A stretch of DNA of 64,000 nt from Octopus vulgaris (lineage: Eukaryota), in the NCBI GenBank assembly GCA_951406725.2, contig OX597828.1:14756001-14820000 (forward strand), given 5' to 3'. Position numbers and translations under genes: made by a program. Below the pieces are notes generated by a model. The model did no database searches, was not told where the DNA came from, and worked only from the letters and a program-made list of their open reading frames with translations. Positions 36,701 through 51,164 of the stretch are shown here, in pieces. Every line of letters begins with the position of its first letter. Within the stretch, counting starts at the first letter, position 1.

Positions 36701-39366
36701 AAAAGTATTTAAGGGATAATACTTCTCCTTAGTTTCAGAAACTATTAAGCAAAAAAGAACAAGCTCTCCAGTAGATCTAAGCCCCCACCCCATAGAAGAC
36801 ACACACACAGGTACATATTCTGACAGCTATCAATCAAACACTTTTCTACTTGTATTCCCTTCTTTTGTAGACAAGCTAGCTTACCACTTGATAACCTTCC
36901 CTGTCAGATTACCTCAAGATTATAATTAACTACCAGTAACTGTTGTATTACAACAGTCTTCAAACTCGTTTTTCTTTTCATTGCACTTCTCTGTGATTGT
37001 CCCCGTTTTGTTCTGTCAAGTCACAAACTTGATCTGTAGCTTCCACGAAGTTTACTCATAAGAATACACAATATTTTTTTCCATATTTGTCCTTAATGTC
37101 ATTATCACATAGCATTTGCATTTGTCATCGTCATCATCATCATCACCATTGTAATCATTTAAAGTCTGTTCTCCATTCTGGCATGGATTAGACAGTTTGA
37201 CAGGACCCACAAGTCAGAGTTGCATCAGGCTCGAATGTCAACTTTTCTACAACTGAATGCCTTTACCAAACCTTCCAAATGCCCATCATTTTACAAAATG
37301 TACGGGATGGGGAATGGTCCTTTTTTTTTTTTTTTTTTTGAAAACCAACATTAGTGAGGTCACCAAATAACTTGCAAGAAAAAAAAACGAAAGGAAAAAA
37401 GGGAAAAGCCCTTCAACAGAGTGCAGGTGGTGCTTTTATGCTAGGTGTTGAAGGTTGTAGTACAATAGATGGGTAGGACAATTTCACAAAAACATTCTTA
37501 AACTCATGCAATCCCCTCTCCTACTCCTTGGGTCCAATAGTAGTACTTTGAATGTGCTGCTGCTAATATTAAGGGTGGGATGCCACATTGCTGAACCTAT
37601 AATAGTCTTGAAATCATGATTTCCCTAAAATGAAACTTAATGAGAAATAAGGAGTGAAATTCCTGCCTCCATTCACAACTTGGATGCAAGCCTGACTGCG
37701 TAATTAAGGAGTATGATTCACAACCACCATTGCTCCGAGTTTCATCCAACTGTGTGGAACTTTGGTTAAGGGTCTTCTACTGTAAACATGTGTTCACTAC
37801 TGCCTTCTGAGTAAAATCTGGCTGAGAGAAATTTGAGCAAGACTCTGTGTGTGTGTGCGCGCACGCACATGTACAAATATGAGCACTAGTGAAAGATATA
37901 TACACTTCAGTGACAAAAACTGGCAATAACCCAATGTCTCATAGCATCTAGTCTGCTAAAGTTACACAGATATGCCATTGCTGATCATGATACTAGAAAT
38001 GCATGATTGAGCCCAACGGTGTTATTGTTCACAAAGCATATGGTATGTAAAATACAATGAAATATAATTCTAAAATGGAAACACTTCTGCAGCATATTTA
38101 AAGTTTCATACCTTCTGAAGCTTTTTCGCTGTGCTCCACATAAATATCATTCAGCAAATATTAATGCTGAAGGACACATTCCTCACATTTCTATACATTT
38201 CTAAACCATCTGCTTTTAAGGTTTACACAAAAAGAAAAAAAAGAAAAAACTCTCAATCAGCAGATTTAGCTGACATAATAACTAAAATATACTGAACTAG
38301 ATGACAGCCTGTTTTTTTTTTTTTTTTTTTTATCTTCTAAAACGAGTCACAAATAAAATAGAATCATTTGCATCACAAAATATCTTCTAGTTTATAGCAA
38401 TTCTTGCTTTAAAAGAAGCAGAACTACATCCTATATATCCTGTGAAACTTCTCAACAAAAGCAACATTCAAGAAGTGTTTTTTTCTCTTTTTTTCCTCAC
38501 TGGCTATTTGTTGATCTGAGAAAGTAAGGGTAAATTCCATAATCAACCACTTCCTTCTGAAACAAACCAAAAGAGCAGAATAGTGGCTATTGTTCAACCC
38601 TGGTCAGACGTGCTGTGACCAAACTTCTTTTTTTTTCTTTTTTTTTTCCATACATAGTGTATCTAGGACTACATTATTCAGTGAGTCATGGATATCTTGA
38701 GCAAGAGGAGTAAAAGAAATGAGACCAACACAACCAAGTCTCAAACACCCACATCATAAATTTAGCTTGCCCAGAGCTTACAAGTTTCTAGTCACTATTT
38801 CCTATAAACAAATCAGATAGAAACCTTTAGCAATAAACTTCCCAGGCACTTCAATCTTTTGTACATATTTTTCAACCAATACTTAATATTTCATACCTAT
38901 ATAGCCTGGTTGAGAAGTTTACTTTCCAAAACATGGTTCCTGGTTCAACCCCACAATGTGACACCCTGGGTAAAGTGCCTTCTACTATGGTTCCAGCCAA
39001 CCAAAGCATTGTGAATGACTTTGGAGACAGAAACTGAAAGAAGCCGTGTATGTGCTGTGTCCCCTTGTTTTGATATCACATGATTATTGTAAACAAGTGT
39101 CACTGTCATATAGGCAATGTCACTCATTTCTAATATTCTCCAGAAACATATCTGACCATGGGGAAACATTACCTTGCTTGGAAAGAGGTGAGGATTGGCA
39201 ACAAGAAGGACATCTGATTGTAGAAAACCTGCCTCAATAAATTCTGTCTGACCCATGCAAGCATGGGAAAATGGAAATTTAGTGACAATGGTGATGAATG
39301 ACTGCAAGCAACTAGAAACAGAACTTTCAATTTTAATAACACCCAATCGCATTAGGAGGAGGAGGA

Positions 39367-39903
39367 GACCCCCTTCAGTCATGAATGACCATGGGATTGC
39401 AACTAGAAAGTTACTCTCCGAGGCACAAGTCTTATTTCTTTACTGCCCACAAGGGGCTACACACAGAGGGGACAAACAAGGACAGACAAATGGATTAAGT
39501 CGATTACATTGACCCCGAAAGGATGAAAGGCAAAGTCGACCTCAGTGGAATTTGAACTCAGAAAGTAGCAGTAGACGAAATACCACTAAGCATTTCGCCC
39601 GGTGTGCTAATGTTTCTGCCAGCTCGCCTCCGAGGCACAAGTCTGGACAAGGTTGTTTGTGGAAGGCTAGTAGTCACCTATGCATGCCGGCCTCCCCTTC
39701 ACACCACCAGTGTTATCCAAGGGAAAGGCAAGGCCGATACAGCTTGGCACCAGTGATGTCGCAACTCATTTCTACAGTTGAGTTAGCTGGAGCAACATGA
39801 AATAAAGTGTCTTGCTCAAGAACACAACACGCAGCCCAGTCCGGGAATCGAACTAACAACCTCACGATCATAAGCTCATCTAACCACTGAGCCATGCACC
39901 TTC
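39367..39903 (-). mobile_element. SINE family C interrupted by a family B insertion (39433-39627)
   Basis: Colinear with the uninterrupted copy at 808-1115. 17-bp direct repeat ctccgaggcacaagtct at 39416-39432 and 39628-39644. Confidence 0.9.
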
Positions 39904-40901
39904 ACATTAAAACTGCAATAATATATACAAGTAACTTTCAGACCATATAAATCTCGATCTGGATCTTAATAGCATTCAGGAGTTTATGAATACAACCATT
40001 TACAGTCCAAAATACAACTAAAAATTTTTTCTCCAGGTAAAAGATTAAAAGAATATTTACCTTAGGTGAAGCTAGGTGTTCAAAAATACTGTGAGAAAAT
40101 CTTTTGTTATGTTATTCTATTGAATATATATAGCATACTTCACTTCAGCTATTCTTCACCACCAAGGAAAGGGGAATGGAAAATGATCTCTTAGTGAGTA
40201 AGTAGTAGCAGTAGTAAGAAGCACTACATATGTATGTTTAGCCTAGATCTATATAAATATACATGGCCAAATGGTAATGATAAAGTTACAGGCTCTGAAT
40301 CAGAAAAGAAGAAACAAAAAAAAAAAAATAGTAATAAAAAGGAAATGTAAAGGACAAAATGGTGATAATTCATTTAGATATCCTCTCACCAGAAACGAAA
40401 CAACCACACCCCAAACAACAGACTTTTATCATTTCAATGGGTGTTAATAATGATAATAGATCTAATTATAGCCTATGACTAAAAAGTTCTAAATAAAAAT
40501 TAACAATCGAAAGATATAAAACATCTTTTTTTTTTATTTTGTGCCTTTGTGTTCAAGAAGGGAAGGCACAGGGAGAGATTGTTAAGGTTATTTAGGAATC
40601 GTAGTCTTTGTTTAGGAAGATCTGTTTAAACAGAGTATTTGGTTACAATATTGTAACTATGGCCTTTGAGTTAGTGAACATCATCGTTTAAGGACTGCTT
40701 TTCCATGCTTGTATGGGTCAGGCAGGATTTGTTGTGGCAGATTTTCTACGGCTGAGATGCCCTTCCTGTGACCAACACTTACCTGTTTTCAAGCAAGGTA
40801 ATGTTTCCCCCTTGACCGGACAGGTTTTCTGTGGGAAGACTGGAAACAAATAACCTCACTTATGTAACAGCAATGGTCATCTACAACCATCACATGATGT
40901 C

Positions 40902-40932
<31 letters not shown>

Positions 40933-43546
40933 ATGGGCTTCTTTCAGTTTCCATCTACAAAATCCACTCACAAGGCTTTGATCAACTTGGGAATATAGTT
41001 AAAGACATTTGCTTAAGATGCTACACAGTGGGACTGAACCCAAGAACACACGGTTTGGAAGCAAGCTTCTGAACCATACAGTCGTGCCTGTGCCTATAAC
41101 AGGGGAGGGGAAACTTTTTAGTGTGGCAGGCAAAAATTTCCAAAGAAAAAGGTCCGTAAGAGGATCACTAGTTCTAACTCTTATATCCGTGTAAATCTTG
41201 TATATATCTATGTATAATTCAATATACATTAATGAAGATAAGTTTAACAATTAAATTAACATGTAACATCCTCATTAACACCACCACGGTTTAGAGCAAA
41301 TATCTTGACACTAAGTAAATGAGGAGTAAATCTCTTCCAGAATAGGCAGCCAGCCTACTATCTTATGTAACATTTGCAGAGAATATGCAAATTCCTAACA
41401 ATTAAATGAATACAGAATGTAGAATTGAAAGGCATGTCTCCAATACTTAAAGCAACTTCGGTAGAAGATTTAAGCTGAAGAACTTTGAGATGGTAGTCTA
41501 ACATGGGATGAAGGAGAAAAATGCTCCTTTACTCTAAGTTGTGATGCCTGAAGAAAAATCACAGAGCTGATCAAATAATTCTGTTCAAGAGTAAACAAGC
41601 TGAAAATAGTGTGAATTTAATAGTAACAGGATGATGGCAACACAAGGAAACAAGGTTAAAAACCAGTTATTGGGATCTGCTCTGTTTATGAAACACATGG
41701 TTTTCTTATGACTGAAATCCGAAATAACGGTCAAAACAAAGAGTTTGGCTTAAATCAAAAGTGCCAGAAGATAAAGGCCAAGATGTCGGCTAGTCTTCTG
41801 TGATGCGTTCTGTAGTGTTCAGAAAACAGCTGACTTTCCAAACTTGGCAGCTATAGCAGCTACTTTGATACAGCAGAAGCAGCCAAGCTGGCGAGGATTT
41901 GTCAGATGTCAGGAGTAGTGCTGGATGTAAAGCAGATGATAGAGTTGCTGTTATTAGTTGGGAGGAAAAGGAAGCTGGAGAGAGAAGTTGATAGAAATGT
42001 TCTTGAAATAGCATCTGAAAAACATGTCTATACTTGGAAAGGAACGATTGCTAGCTACACTTGGAATGGAAGCATATCTTGCCTTTCTCGTACTATTTTT
42101 GGTTTGTGGGACTGTCATAGGATTGTCAGCATCAACAGTTGGATTCAAAGACATAATGCTTTGGAGTTGGAGTTGGAGTTTTTTTTTTTCTCCCCTCTTA
42201 AACTTCCAGACATTTTCTAGTGAGCCACAAGTGTGAGCTAGGGTTCTAGCTAGATATTAGAGAAATCAAAAATATATATGACCATAACAAAAAGAACAGA
42301 ATCTTAGTTTTCCCATTACGAATGGATCACAGTTTGTCTTAATCAGACAACTCATCAGGATAAGCTATCATAGAAAACCAGCTAGCAGATTTCTACCATG
42401 TGGGGTTAAGATTAAGTTGAAATCTGGTTAAATGTGATATTGACTTTTCATGCAGGCACCAGTCACAGAAGTCAAGTGCTGATGCAGAGATTAAGGAACA
42501 GAGGAACAAAATTAAGATTTAGATAATGATGATTTAGTGGTGGTGATGATAGTGAGGATGGTAATGAAGCTGGTGAGCATGATGATGATGATGTAGCAAA
42601 TCAATGGAAATGCAAAGCTTTCAGCTTCTACACCAACTAGTTTTGGTGGATGCCCTTGATGCATGGATTAAGGCAATTAAAAGAGATAAAAGAAGACCCT
42701 ATCACTACCATCTTTATCATCATCCAACTACCACCACCCATCCTGATAATAATGTGGTGAAGTCCTATATCTACTCTATAACAAGACACCTGTACTTGTC
42801 CCTCTATCATACTTTAGCCTTTCAACACCTGGCATAAAGCCACCTTCTCCCTCTCAAATACTGCCCCCATTAGTCCTCCCTTTTCTTCATTTACCCCTTT
42901 TTCCTGTGTTCTTTCCTGTCTTACTAGTGCCACTGGCATGAAATAAGCACCCATTAAACACTGTATAGTGTGATAGAATTAGGCACCAAGCCATAGGAAA
43001 CATGTCAAAGCTTATACTGAAGCTTGGTGAAGTCCCGTAGCTCACCAGATCCTGTCAAACTGTTCAACCCATGCCAGCATAGAAGACAATGGTAATGAAG
43101 ATAAAATGATAGTAATCAGGCTTAAATGATAAAATGTAAATGTATAAGGTGCAGGAGTGGGTGTGTGGTAAGTAGCTTGCTTACAAACCACATGGTAATG
43201 GGTTCATTCCCACTGCATAAGACCTTGGGCAAGTGTCTTCTACTATACAGAATGACAGCTGGAATAAGACAGCCCTTAACAAGCACTGGCCTAAAACTTT
43301 ATTAACAGTGATCAGCCAAAAAGCAAAGTTGACCTAAGCACGATTTGAAACTGCTGTTCAGAGGATCAAAACAGAAATTGAAACACATTCCACCCGATGC
43401 TCTAATGACTGCAGATAGTTAAAACTTTGATAAATATAATTGCGTAATTCAAGATAACACAGTAGCATTTATCAAAGGCTTATCAGTTTATACGATAATT
43501 GGCTACAAAACACATAAAAAAAAGGATAAATTAGCATTAAATGTAT

Positions 43547-43940
43547 TTATATATGTATATACACAAACACACAATGACGATACATGTGTGTGCATGCATA
43601 TGCACATACATATACACACACAATGACCATATATGTGTACATGTATATGTACACGTATACATACACAAATGATACATATATATAATCATTGTTTAACGTC
43701 ATGACTACACATGCATATACATATATATACACACACACAATGACTACACGTGTATATATGCACATATATATACACACACACAATGATGATACATGTGCAT
43801 GCATGTATATGCATATTTATATATATATATATACACACACACAATGATGATACATATGTGCCCATGTATATCCACACATACACACACACACACATATAGA
43901 CACACACACACAATGTCAATATATGTATGTGCATGCATAT
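43547..43940. repeat. Degenerate RY-alternating higher-order repeat with recurring cacacaatga motif
   Basis: cacacaatga(c/t) recurs about every 45-60 bp among TA/CA/TG dinucleotides. Confidence 0.75.
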
Positions 43941-44929
43941 GCACCCTCCCCTGGCCCAATTTTATTAACATGACTAATTGAATAAGCTGATCGTTCCTTA
44001 GGTTAATCTGACCACTTTTTGTTCAAGTGAAGTAGCTAAGGTGAAGAGGGCAAAGAAATGTTTGTAACCATTATGGAAATACTTGTAACCATCCCAGAAT
44101 ATGCATGTGCAACTCAATTGAAATCTGCAGCAGAACAAAGACTGTAAAACAGAGCTTATGACTACAAAATAATGTTTTCTTTGGGACAAAGAACAAAGAC
44201 ATTTTAAGACAAATCTATGTTTGAAGAAAAGAAAGAAGAAAAAAACTACAAGCACATTCAGTATGCCATACTCATAATTAACATGAGGTGCATAAAATAT
44301 GAGTGCAGTGAGTAGGAGTTCAATCCCCATTTGGGTTCTTTATTTATTTTTTTTTTTTGCTATGGTTGTGTGGTTAAGCTCACTTTACAGCCATGTGGTT
44401 TCAGGTTCAGACCCACTGCATGGCACTTTGGGCTAGCATTGCCTTACATAGCCCTGGGCCAACCAATGTTGGTTCATTTACCCTCACCACACCCCATAAC
44501 TTTACAATTCAACAAAAGATACAGATTGAATAAGGACCAGACTTCAAAAAAACAAAAAAAAAGTAGAAGTCAATTTGACTAAACCCTTTCATTGTGATGC
44601 TCCAGCATGGCCACATTCCAATGAGTGATAAAAGATAGTTCTGGTTATAACGCTCAATCAGAATTGACCTGGGGCTACATCGTAACAAGATTTCTAAACA
44701 AGTATCCAAATCTAACTCAGATCAACATTTATCTTTCGTCCTTTTGGAGTCAAATGCTGGGGTTAATATAATCGACTTTATTCTTTAGTGTGGTGCCCCA
44801 GTATGGCCATAACCCAATAACTGAAGCCATTAAAAGGACACATATGTTATAATACAACATATAGCCAATCATACATCTCTGGATAAACATCCTGGAAGTG
44901 AGTTTGGTAGAAACCTACAGAAGATCAGC

Positions 44930-45222
44930 AGGTGGGAGAGAGAGGGGTGAGAAGAAAGGGGAAGCTAGAAAGGGAGAGGACAAGGAGCGAGAAAGGGAGA
45001 GGAGAGGGGCGAAAAAGGGAGAGGAGAGGGGCGAAAAAGGGAGAGGAGAGGGGCGAAAAAGGGAGAGGAGAGGGGCAAAAAAGGGAGAGGAGAGGGGCAA
45101 AAAAGGGAGAGGAGGGGTGCGAAAAGGGGTTGGGGCAAGGAGGGGGCAAGAAAGGGAGAGGAGGGGCGAGAAAGGGAGAGGAGGGGGCGAGAAAGGGAGA
45201 GGAGGGGGCAAGAAAGGGAGTG
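44930..45222. repeat. Purine-rich ~21-22-bp minisatellite (AAAAAGGGAGAGGAGAGGGGCG)n
   Basis: Direct inspection; roughly 9 variable units. Confidence 0.92.
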
Positions 45223-47289
45223 AGAGTCTGTGTCCCCCTGACTCAACATTGTGTGATAATTGTAAACAAGTCACACCATCATGCAGCTGTGTTTGTTTCC
45301 AATCTTCCATGAAAACATATCCGGCCACAGGGAAATATTACCCGACGAGAGTTGGCAACAGAAAGAGGAACTAGTCCTGACAAAACAAAAGAAAAACAAA
45401 AAGGAAACAGATCTCCCTTAACAAATTCCATCAGCCCTGTGCAAGCATGGAAAAATAACCATTAAAGCAATGATGATGAGGATACAGAAGCTGTATTTAT
45501 AGAGCTGAGCTTCAAGATATAAATCAAAACCAGCATTTTCAGTAAGGGGGATCCCTGCCTTTGGTTCAGGGCAATACTAACCGACACTAGGTGACTGTTT
45601 CTGATACCTAACTATTGTTAGTGTAATAACTATTAAGAGAAAAGAAAAAAAAAACCTGGCGTCCTTGTTACTGACTTTGAATATGAGACAAGAAAAAAAG
45701 CTAAATCACCTTCAAATTACAGCTTGCTGGATATTAGGTAATGTACTATCATCATCATTTAATGTCTGTTGCCCATGTTGGCATGGTTTGGACAGTTTGA
45801 CCAGAGCTGGCAACCTGGGAAGCTGCACCAGACTCCAGTCTGATTTGGCAATGGTTTCTACAGCAGGATGCTCTTCTTAATGCCAACCACTTTACAGAGT
45901 GTGCTGAGTGCTGTTACAGACACTGCAGGGGCACATTTACATGAAGCCACACAGGTGCTTTATTCCCCTAATCAAGGTTGGACAGTAGCATGGCTAAATG
46001 CATTTTGAGGAGATTGAACACCGAGACCTATAGCTCAATCACAACAGCTTAGGACAGATACAGAACGGTGGGGAGCGACAGTGATTCATTGTTGATACTA
46101 CAAATTGAGACGATACATATAGGTATGCACGATGGGCTTCTGTAGGTTTCAGCCTACCAAATCCCTTGGTTGGCTCAGGGCTATAGCAGAAGACAAAACA
46201 TTGCATGGTTATCCAAAGCATGGGGGTGTAGCTAAAGAAGCTTGCAGTGTAACCACATGGTTTCAGGTTCAGTCCTTCTGCATAGAACTTTAGGCAAGCA
46301 TCTACTACTACATCCCCGAGACAACAAATGTCTTGTAAATGAACTTGGTACACAGAAACTGTGTGGAAGCCTGTTCTGTGTGTATGGATGTGTGTGTGTG
46401 TGTGTGTGTGTGTGATATTACCAACCACCCACTCCCACTTGACAACCACACCAAGTCTTGGCTTGTTTGGCTTAAAAAAATACAGGAGATCATTTGTTCA
46501 ACTAAACACTTCAAAGTGGTGCCCCAGAATGACCACAGTCAAATGATGAAATAAGATAAAAGATATGGGCAGTTATCATCAATATCTGCAGAAAGCCTAT
46601 GATGATGACATGGCTCTAAAAAGACAAGATGGCCATGGCTAGAATGCATTTGATCACAGGATCAGCCTGGTACCCAACAATAACAGACTTGTATTTGGAA
46701 AGCACAAGATCTAAGAGTTAAGTGCTTAGTGAAAACTGAAATGGCACGAATGTGGGAATGAACCCATATTGAAAGACTTGAGCTTGCCACGACAGCTTAC
46801 TACTACCATTCTGCAGTGCTCGTGCTTAGACACACACACACAGCTGTATAAGGTAAACACAACATCCTAGGAAGTTTACATTAGCCAGTAGGGGGATAGA
46901 AAAATAGCTCTGCCTTCATATCCAAACACAAGCACAAAGCATTCACAGTAGCTCTTTAATCTCTCTCTTTCTCTCATTCACACACATAACTAGGTTGTCA
47001 ATAAACAACAAAACAGACAAGTGTAAAAAGGAAAAGGAAACGTTCTTTTTTTTATTTTTGTTTTTTCTCTCTCTCTTTTTTAAGTTAATGAGATTTAAAC
47101 GTCATTCCACATAAGCAGAGGAAATTGCGCTGTAAGGAGCAATATTAAGTTGGTAAACCCAAACTATTCCCAGTATTTAGGTTAAAGTAGTTGTAATGGA
47201 TGTATAATTCTGGCAGCCAATCTTCTTCAGTCAGAAACCAGCTTGTCAAGATAATTTTTACTTAAAATGGAAAAATGACTTTTGTGGGG

Positions 47290-47715
47290 CGAGTGTATGT
47301 ATGTATGCACATATGTGTGCGTGTGAGTGAGCGAGTATGTGCGTGTGAGTGAGCGAGTATGTGCGAGTGAGCAAGTGTGAGCGAGTGAGTATGTGCGAGT
47401 GAGTGAGTATGTGTGCATGTGAGTGGGCATGTGTGCGTGTGAGTGGGAAGTGTGCGTGTGAGTGGGCATGTGTGCGTGTGAGTGGGCATGTGTGCGTGTG
47501 AGTGAGCATGTGTGCGTGTGAGTGGGCATGTGTGCGTGTGAGTGGGAAGTGTGCGTGTGAGTGGGCATGTGAGTGGGCATGTGTGCGTGTGAGTGGGCAT
47601 GTGTGCGTGTGAGTGGGCATGTGTGCGTGTGAGTGGGCATGTGTGCGTGTGAGTGGGCATGTGTGCATATGAGTGAGTGAGTATGAGTGTGTGTGTATGC
47701 GCGAGTGAGTGAGCA
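47290..47715. repeat. 20-bp minisatellite (GAGTGGGCATGTGTGCGTGT)n with decayed flanks
   Basis: About 12 near-perfect units at 47421-47666. Confidence 0.95.
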
Positions 47716-48889
47716 TGCATGCACAAGTGAGTGTGAGTATGCACATGCACACTAGAATGTGAACAAGTACAATTTGCTTCCTGAGAAATATTATTCAAAT
47801 TATAACAAATGAACCACCACCATCATCATCATCATCATCAGTTTAACATCTACTTTTCTATGTTTGCTTGCATTAGACAAGAATATGTTTGTACCAAAAT
47901 TTTCAACAGTTGGATGCCCTTCCTGATGCCAACCTCCAGCTCATTTCCAGGCAAGGTAATAATCTCCCTACTGAACAACCAACAATCCAGAGATACTTAT
48001 TATGCAGACAACTGGAAATAAATAACAATGTTTGTTGGCAGGTCCACTGTTCATTCCTTACAACTAGGAAACACACAAGAAAGGAAGTTGCTCAAAGAAA
48101 CACACACGAACACTATATATATATATATATATACGAGCAAAATGCACCCCCGTCCAACGGATGGTGTTGAGTTGTCAAACATTTAAATCAAATTTTCTCA
48201 AAACACCTTGTCCAACCATCCCATAGGCCTCCCCTTTGAGAAACACTGATTTAACCTAAATTTGAGACACCAGCAAAAGAAAAACGATTTTATTCACAGA
48301 GTTTAAAGTACCAGTAATGATAAGGCTGTTGACTGGGAGAACAAAAACATGGTTTAAACAGTTCTTTTCATTAAAAAATAATTAAGCATGCCTTTATTTC
48401 AATAAAATTTTTGGTTTTGTTAAACGAAGTTAAGGCAAAAAAAAAAGAAAACTTCTTGAGAAACCAAATAGTCTTTCCTTCCTTCATGCCAAGTTTGAAG
48501 AAAATATCTTTGGCATCTTACTTTTTTGGTCTCTTAAATATACTGCATTTTGTGGCATTATTTCAAGCCAGCGATTAAGTTGATTAAATCGATCCCAGTG
48601 CATAACTGGTACTTAATTTATCAACCCCGAAAGGATGAAAGGTAAAGTCGACCACGGTAGAATTTGAACTCAGGACGTAACAGCAGACGAAATACTGCTA
48701 AGCATTTCGCCTGGTGTGCTAACATTTCTGCCAGCTCACCGCCTTCTAGCTTCCTTCAGTTTCTATCAACCAAATCCACTTGGAAGGCCTTGGTCTGGTC
48801 AGCCCAAGGCTATAGTAGAAGACAATTGCCCAAGGTGTCACAAAGTGGGAATGAACCCAGAATGTTGCGGTTGGGAAGCAAGCTTCTTA

Positions 48890-48930
<41 letters not shown>

Positions 48931-50003
48931 TTCTTTCAGTTTCCAACTATTAAATCTACTCACAAGGTTTTGGTCAACCCAGAACTATAACAGAAGACAC
49001 CACCCCAAGTTTCACACAATAGGACTAAACATGAAACCATATGGTTGTGAGGCAAACTTTTTGACCACACAGCCATGCCTGTGCCCATTGAATGTTACAA
49101 AAACTAAATTTAAAGAATGCACCCAAGAATTAGAAATTATAGAATTTCCCTTGAAATTCTGACTATAAATGTATTTCAGCAGAACATAGAAACAGGTACT
49201 ACAGGAGCTTCCATGTGGCCATTCAATCTGCTAAATATAAGACAGAGATTTGAAGAAGGCCAGAGTGGTACAACAGCCAAAACAGTTGTGACTATAACTA
49301 CCAAGGTGAGGATGCTAGTCTTGAATACATCATTGTATAATGATAATTCTCCATTTCATAAATTCCAACAAAAATGAAAGTATCAAATATATATATATAT
49401 ATATATATACATACACACACACACACACACAAGGTGGCCCCAAAATTAGGTTTACAGTTATTCAACTCTTTCGCATTCATATTAACAATTTAGATCTTAA
49501 TTATTAAAAAAATATGAAACCATTATTCTATGCTAATCTAATTTATTTTTGTCAAGCTCCTTTTTCAGTTTGTAAGGCAGAAATATAAAAGTAATAAAAG
49601 AAATTTAAGGAAACTGTATTTTAAATTTTTGATTTTGTAGAATGCTTGCTAAGCCTTATCAGGTACTTATATAAGTTCAGTAAAAATTTAGATTCAGTTG
49701 AATATGGTACTTAAGTTAAAGGCACCATATTATATGGTATTATCCATATAATTCAAAATGGGGTGATTATAATCAAAATAAGCAACAAGGATATCCAGAG
49801 GTAATGCAGTACGATTGTTTTATGTGACTCCATTTAATTGAACAATGCAAGTATTACATCAGTTTTAAAATGTAGACCAATCTTCAGCTGCATACAAATA
49901 TAGAATTTAGTTAAATTTAAAAGATTCATTTTTATAGTTATTCCATTAACTAAAATCACAAAGAGGGTAAGTAAGTAGACAGAGAAACAAGTTTCATCAA
50001 CAA

Positions 50004-50044
<41 letters not shown>

Positions 50045-50596
50045 ATAAACGTAAATGTCAAATGATGAAAGGAGTGCTCTCAACACCGCATTGATGAATA
50101 TATAATTTCTTTATTTAAATGGACAATACTTATGGCTATATAAATGGTCAATATCATATTAGACACATATTTCATGAAGTGGGTTCCAAACACTTGCAGA
50201 GTTCTGTAAGGAAAATTCTGATATTCCGCAAAATAGTCTTAATAAAATATAAGACTGTATTTCCTTATATATATATATATATATATATATAGGTATTTAC
50301 CATTATTTCAAAACAGTAAGCTATATATTCTTTTAAATGAATAAATAGTCTACTTCTCTAACAAAAAAAAAAAAAAACTAATTATCTCATTTAATGATAT
50401 ATAACAATTTGGAAAGCAAGAGTTGTTCGGCAAACATAGATAAGGGTTCCAGGATTTTTTTTTTTTAAATTCACAAAAGGGTTTCACAACAAAAGTTTGG
50501 ATACCAAAAATAACTACATCCTCATCATCACCCAGCTTCAGATGAAATTCGAACAAACAGTCCAAAAACTCAATAGCAAAATCAAGAGTTACTTAC

Positions 50597-50753
50597 TTTT
50601 TTCCCCTCTTCTATTATTCTCCATTACCTCAACTCCAAATTGTATAATGTCTCCAGAGAAAATTTCTCTGGAAGGGTTTTCATCAGAACCCATGGTAAGT
50701 CTCTTGTTGTTGACAAATGTACCATTGCTGCTCTTCGTATCTTGTAAATCAAA
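50597..50753 (-). CDS. SLMAP: SLMAP coding exon (first visible): second half of FHA domain, [52 protein letters not shown]
   Basis: 157 nt, ttttcag acceptor, gtaagt donor, phase 0 to 1. Contains the FHA motif D-x-x-S-x-N-G-T-F-V-N and GDIIQFG. Closely matches vertebrate [20 protein letters not shown]...SGDIIQFGV as I recall it. Confidence 0.95.
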
Positions 50754-51164
50754 CTGAAAACAAAGAGAATAAAGAACAAAGAGTAAGTCAGTGATTCAAC
50801 CAAAACTCAAGTGGATCTATCTTAAGATGTCTCATAGTCAAGTAGCCAATTAATTAACAAAAAAAAAAAAAATGTATACAACAGTAAAATTTATAGAAAA
50901 AAGTTGTCATTGCTCCCCACTCCTGAACAGACACACACACACACAGCAACAGAAAAAAAAAAAAACATAACACAAGTCTCTATAATTTCCACTCAAAATT
51001 TACATCCACGCCCTAATTTCCTCCTCAAACACTCAAATTTCTCCTTAACTGTGATTCACATCCCTACCACTATATCGGTATGAAAACTTTCACAGAAAGC
51101 CCCTAGCATACTCATTACCTTGCCATCTGAAATGTACCATTATAACTCAGCAAGTAGAAGATAG

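Noticed and set aside
41270-42240. Non-SINE stretch with short ORFs, possible old transposon coding relic
   Set aside because: No recognisable domain motif by eye; needs tBLASTx against repeat protein databases.
44898-45374. Five overlapping ORFs up to 158 aa (G/E/R/K-rich or P/L/S/F-rich)
   Set aside because: Artefact of the purine minisatellite.
47421-47666. Regular short repeats superficially like a CRISPR array
   Set aside because: Contiguous units with no unique spacers; eukaryotic context with no cas genes.
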